DNA from: an uncultured Pseudomonadota bacterium | GTDB lineage: Bacteria; Myxococcota_A; UBA796; SXON01 | Direction of reading: 5' to 3' | Assembly (NCBI GenBank): GCA_903900265.1 | Contig: CAIUMM010000015.1 | Span: 93,438 to 157,437, forward strand | DNA: 64,000 nt | Part shown: positions 62,327 to 64,000 of the stretch, piece after piece | Layout of the letters: every line of letters begins with the position of its first letter | Numbering within the stretch: position 1 is the first letter of the stretch | Translations under genes and position numbers: made by a program | Notes under the pieces: model-generated | Seen by the model: the letters and a program-made list of their open reading frames with translations, nothing else | Databases searched by the model: none | What the model was told of the DNA's origin: nothing

Positions 62327-62464
62327 TCAATCCTCGTCGAACATCCGCACCGCGGGGTCTTCGAGGTCATCGAACTGGCCCCGGCTCGCGGCGTACAGAA
62401 AAAGCGCCGCGAACAAGGCGCCGAGACCGACCGCGATGGGGACCAGAAAGATCAGCGCGTCCAT
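62327..62464 (-). CDS. ccoS: cbb3-type cytochrome oxidase maturation protein CcoS/FixS
   Basis: 45 aa, MDALIFLVPIAVGLGALFAALFLYAASRGQFDDLEDPAVRMFDED. One TM helix plus the GQFDDLE signature. The start overlaps the ATPase gene end by 13 nt. Confidence 0.8.
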   Translation of the reverse strand: MDALIFLVPIAVGLGALFAALFLYAASRGQFDDLEDPAVRMFDED

Positions 62465-64000
62465 TTTTCCACCCGGGCCGCTCCCCAGGCGACCATCGCG
62501 CTCGACAGCGGCATCAACACCGCGGCGATCAGCGGGTTCACCCAACCGGCGACCGCCGCGGTCACCGCGAGGGCGTTGTAGATCAGCGACCGCGACGCGT
62601 TGCCGCGGATCGCGCGCTTGGCGGCCCGCGCCGCGCGTAGTCCGGCCGCCACCGGTCCCAGTCCGTCCCGCGCCACGACGGCGTCCGCGACGGTGACGGT
62701 CGACGCGACGCCCGTGCCCATCGCGACGCCCACGGTCGCGGCTGCCAGCGCGGGTCCGTCGTTCACGCCGTCGCCGACAAACAGCACGCCGCCGCCCTGA
62801 GCCCGCACCCACGCGGCTTTGGCCTCGGGCGTCGCGCCGGCGAGCACCTCGGTGATGCCGGCTTCGGCGGCGATGCGCTGCACGACTTCGGGGTGGTCGC
62901 CGCTCACCAGCACGACGCGGTAGCCAGCGGCTTTGAGCGCCGCGACGGTGCGGGCGGCGTCGTCGCGGATGACGTCGCGCAGGCCGATGCGGCCGCCCTT
63001 GTTCTGGGAGGTGTGGGCGGGATCGGCGTCGCAGCAAAGCTCGACCTGACCTGCGGCGCCGGCGCGCAGGGTCCAGCGCACGCCGTCGATGACCCCGGAG
63101 ATGCCGGATCCGGGCTGCTCGACGAGGTCCAGCGCCTCGGGCATCGCGACGCCGCGGCGCGCGGCTTCGGCGCGGATGGCGCGGGCGATGGGATGGCCGC
63201 TGGCGCGCTCGAGCCCGGCGGCGATGCGCAGCACCGCGCTCTCGGTGGTGCCCGTGCCCGCGGTGATCGCGGTGACGGCAGGCTCGCCGTGGGTGATCGT
63301 GCCGGTCTTGTCGAACGCGACGGTCGTGATGGTGGCGAGGCTGCGCAGCGCCTCGCCGCTGCGGACCAACAGGCCGCGGCGCGCCGATGCGCCGAGCCCC
63401 GCGGCGGTCGACAGCGGCCCGGCGAGCGCGAGCGCGCACGGGCACGCGACGACAAGCACGGCCATCGCCCGCTCAGGGCCGCCGATCGCCAAGGCCAAAG
63501 CTGCCAAAATCAGCGTCAGTCCGGTGAACCACGGCGCGATGCGGTCGGTCAGCGACGGCGGGGTGGGACGATCGGCGGCGCGCGCCAGCTCGGCCGCCAT
63601 ACGCGCGAGCAGCGTGTCCCCGCCGGTCGCTTCGACCCGTACGACGATCGCGCCGTCCTCCACGAGGCTCCCCGCGACCACAGCGTCCCCGACGCGCACT
63701 TCGACCGGCTCGGCCTCGCCGGTCAACAGCGACATCCGCACCCGCGCCCGGGCGCCGGACAAGCGCACGATGATCCCGTCCGCAGCGATCTCTTCGCCGA
63801 GCCCGACGTCCAAGATGTCGCCCACGATGAGCGCGCTCGCGGCGACGTCCACCCCGGCGCGGCGCGCGACCCGCGGGGCGGTGCTGGCGAGCGCGGTCGC
63901 GGCTTCGACGGCGCTGCGTCGGCCCCGCTGCTCCCACAATCGCCCGGCGATCAGCAGCGTCACCAGCATCGACAGCGAGTCCAACCACGTGTCGCGCCCG
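62452..64000 (-). CDS. heavy-metal (Cu+) translocating P-type ATPase, CcoI/FixI-like, 5' end outside the window
   Basis: CPC motif (VVACPCALALAGP), DKTGTIT phosphorylation site and GDGVNDGPAL hinge. The frame runs to the window edge. Confidence 0.9.
   Translation of the reverse strand, partial: GRDTWLDSLSMLVTLLIAGRLWEQRGRRSAVEAATALASTAPRVARRAGVDVAASALIVGDILDVGLGEEIAADGIIVRLSGARARVRMSLLTGEAEPVEVRVGDAVVAGSLVEDGAIVVRVEATGGDTLLARMAAELARAADRPTPPSLTDRIAPWFTGLTLILAALALAIGGPERAMAVLVVACPCALALAGPLSTAAGLGASARRGLLVRSGEALRSLATITTVAFDKTGTITHGEPAVTAITAGTGTTESAVLRIAAGLERASGHPIARAIRAEAARRGVAMPEALDLVEQPGSGISGVIDGVRWTLRAGAAGQVELCCDADPAHTSQNKGGRIGLRDVIRDDAARTVAALKAAGYRVVLVSGDHPEVVQRIAAEAGITEVLAGATPEAKAAWVRAQGGGVLFVGDGVNDGPALAAATVGVAMGTGVASTVTVADAVVARDGLGPVAAGLRAARAAKRAIRGNASRSLIYNALAVTAAVAGWVNPLIAAVLMPLSSAMVAWGAARVEKWTR

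Overview
Very GC-rich chromosomal segment carrying about 60 protein-coding genes. I recognised no rRNA, tRNA, CRISPR array, transposase or integrase by eye. Three secreted proteins end in Cys-containing hydrophobic tails followed by an RRRR-type stop-transfer, which resembles MYXO-CTERM. Together with MopE-like DCDD..DCDG repeats and PEGA and FGE-family genes, this points to a Myxococcota-type genome (inference only). Recognisable housekeeping genes are speA, def, bioD, glpD, ccoS, a partial ccoI-like Cu P-type ATPase, a beta-carbonic anhydrase, pirin, an FNT channel, an SPFH protein, an SDR and an MBL hydrolase. The most notable items are as follows. (1) A xanthorhodopsin/Gloeobacter-rhodopsin-like DTE proton-pump rhodopsin (951-1742) sits in a visibly AT-richer islet, behind the most AT-rich tract of the window. 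It is translationally coupled to a 68-codon two-TM ORF, and no blh-like retinal gene is in view. (2) A tightly overlapping minus-strand operon (50649 to 45241) encodes a CxxCH lipoprotein, a lipoprotein, a large CxxCH protein, a Tat-exported DUF1501 protein and a Met/Gly hexapeptide-repeat protein. Its function is unknown. (3) A 213-bp near-identical direct repeat spaced exactly 750 bp apart brackets a Cys-rich secreted-protein gene and leaves an orphan copy of a gene tail. (4) A 20-kb envelope locus is built from repeated GT-C/ArnT-like polytopic proteins, three Thr-type (non-formylglycine) sulfatase-fold enzymes, an EF-hand protein and an ICMT-family methyltransferase. (5) A giant beta-helix/PMP-repeat surface protein is TAATG-coupled to a phosphodiester glycosidase. 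(6) An apparently orphan gamma-class N6-adenine DNA methyltransferase is GTGA-coupled to glpD. All family calls rest on motif recognition from memory. No database search was run.
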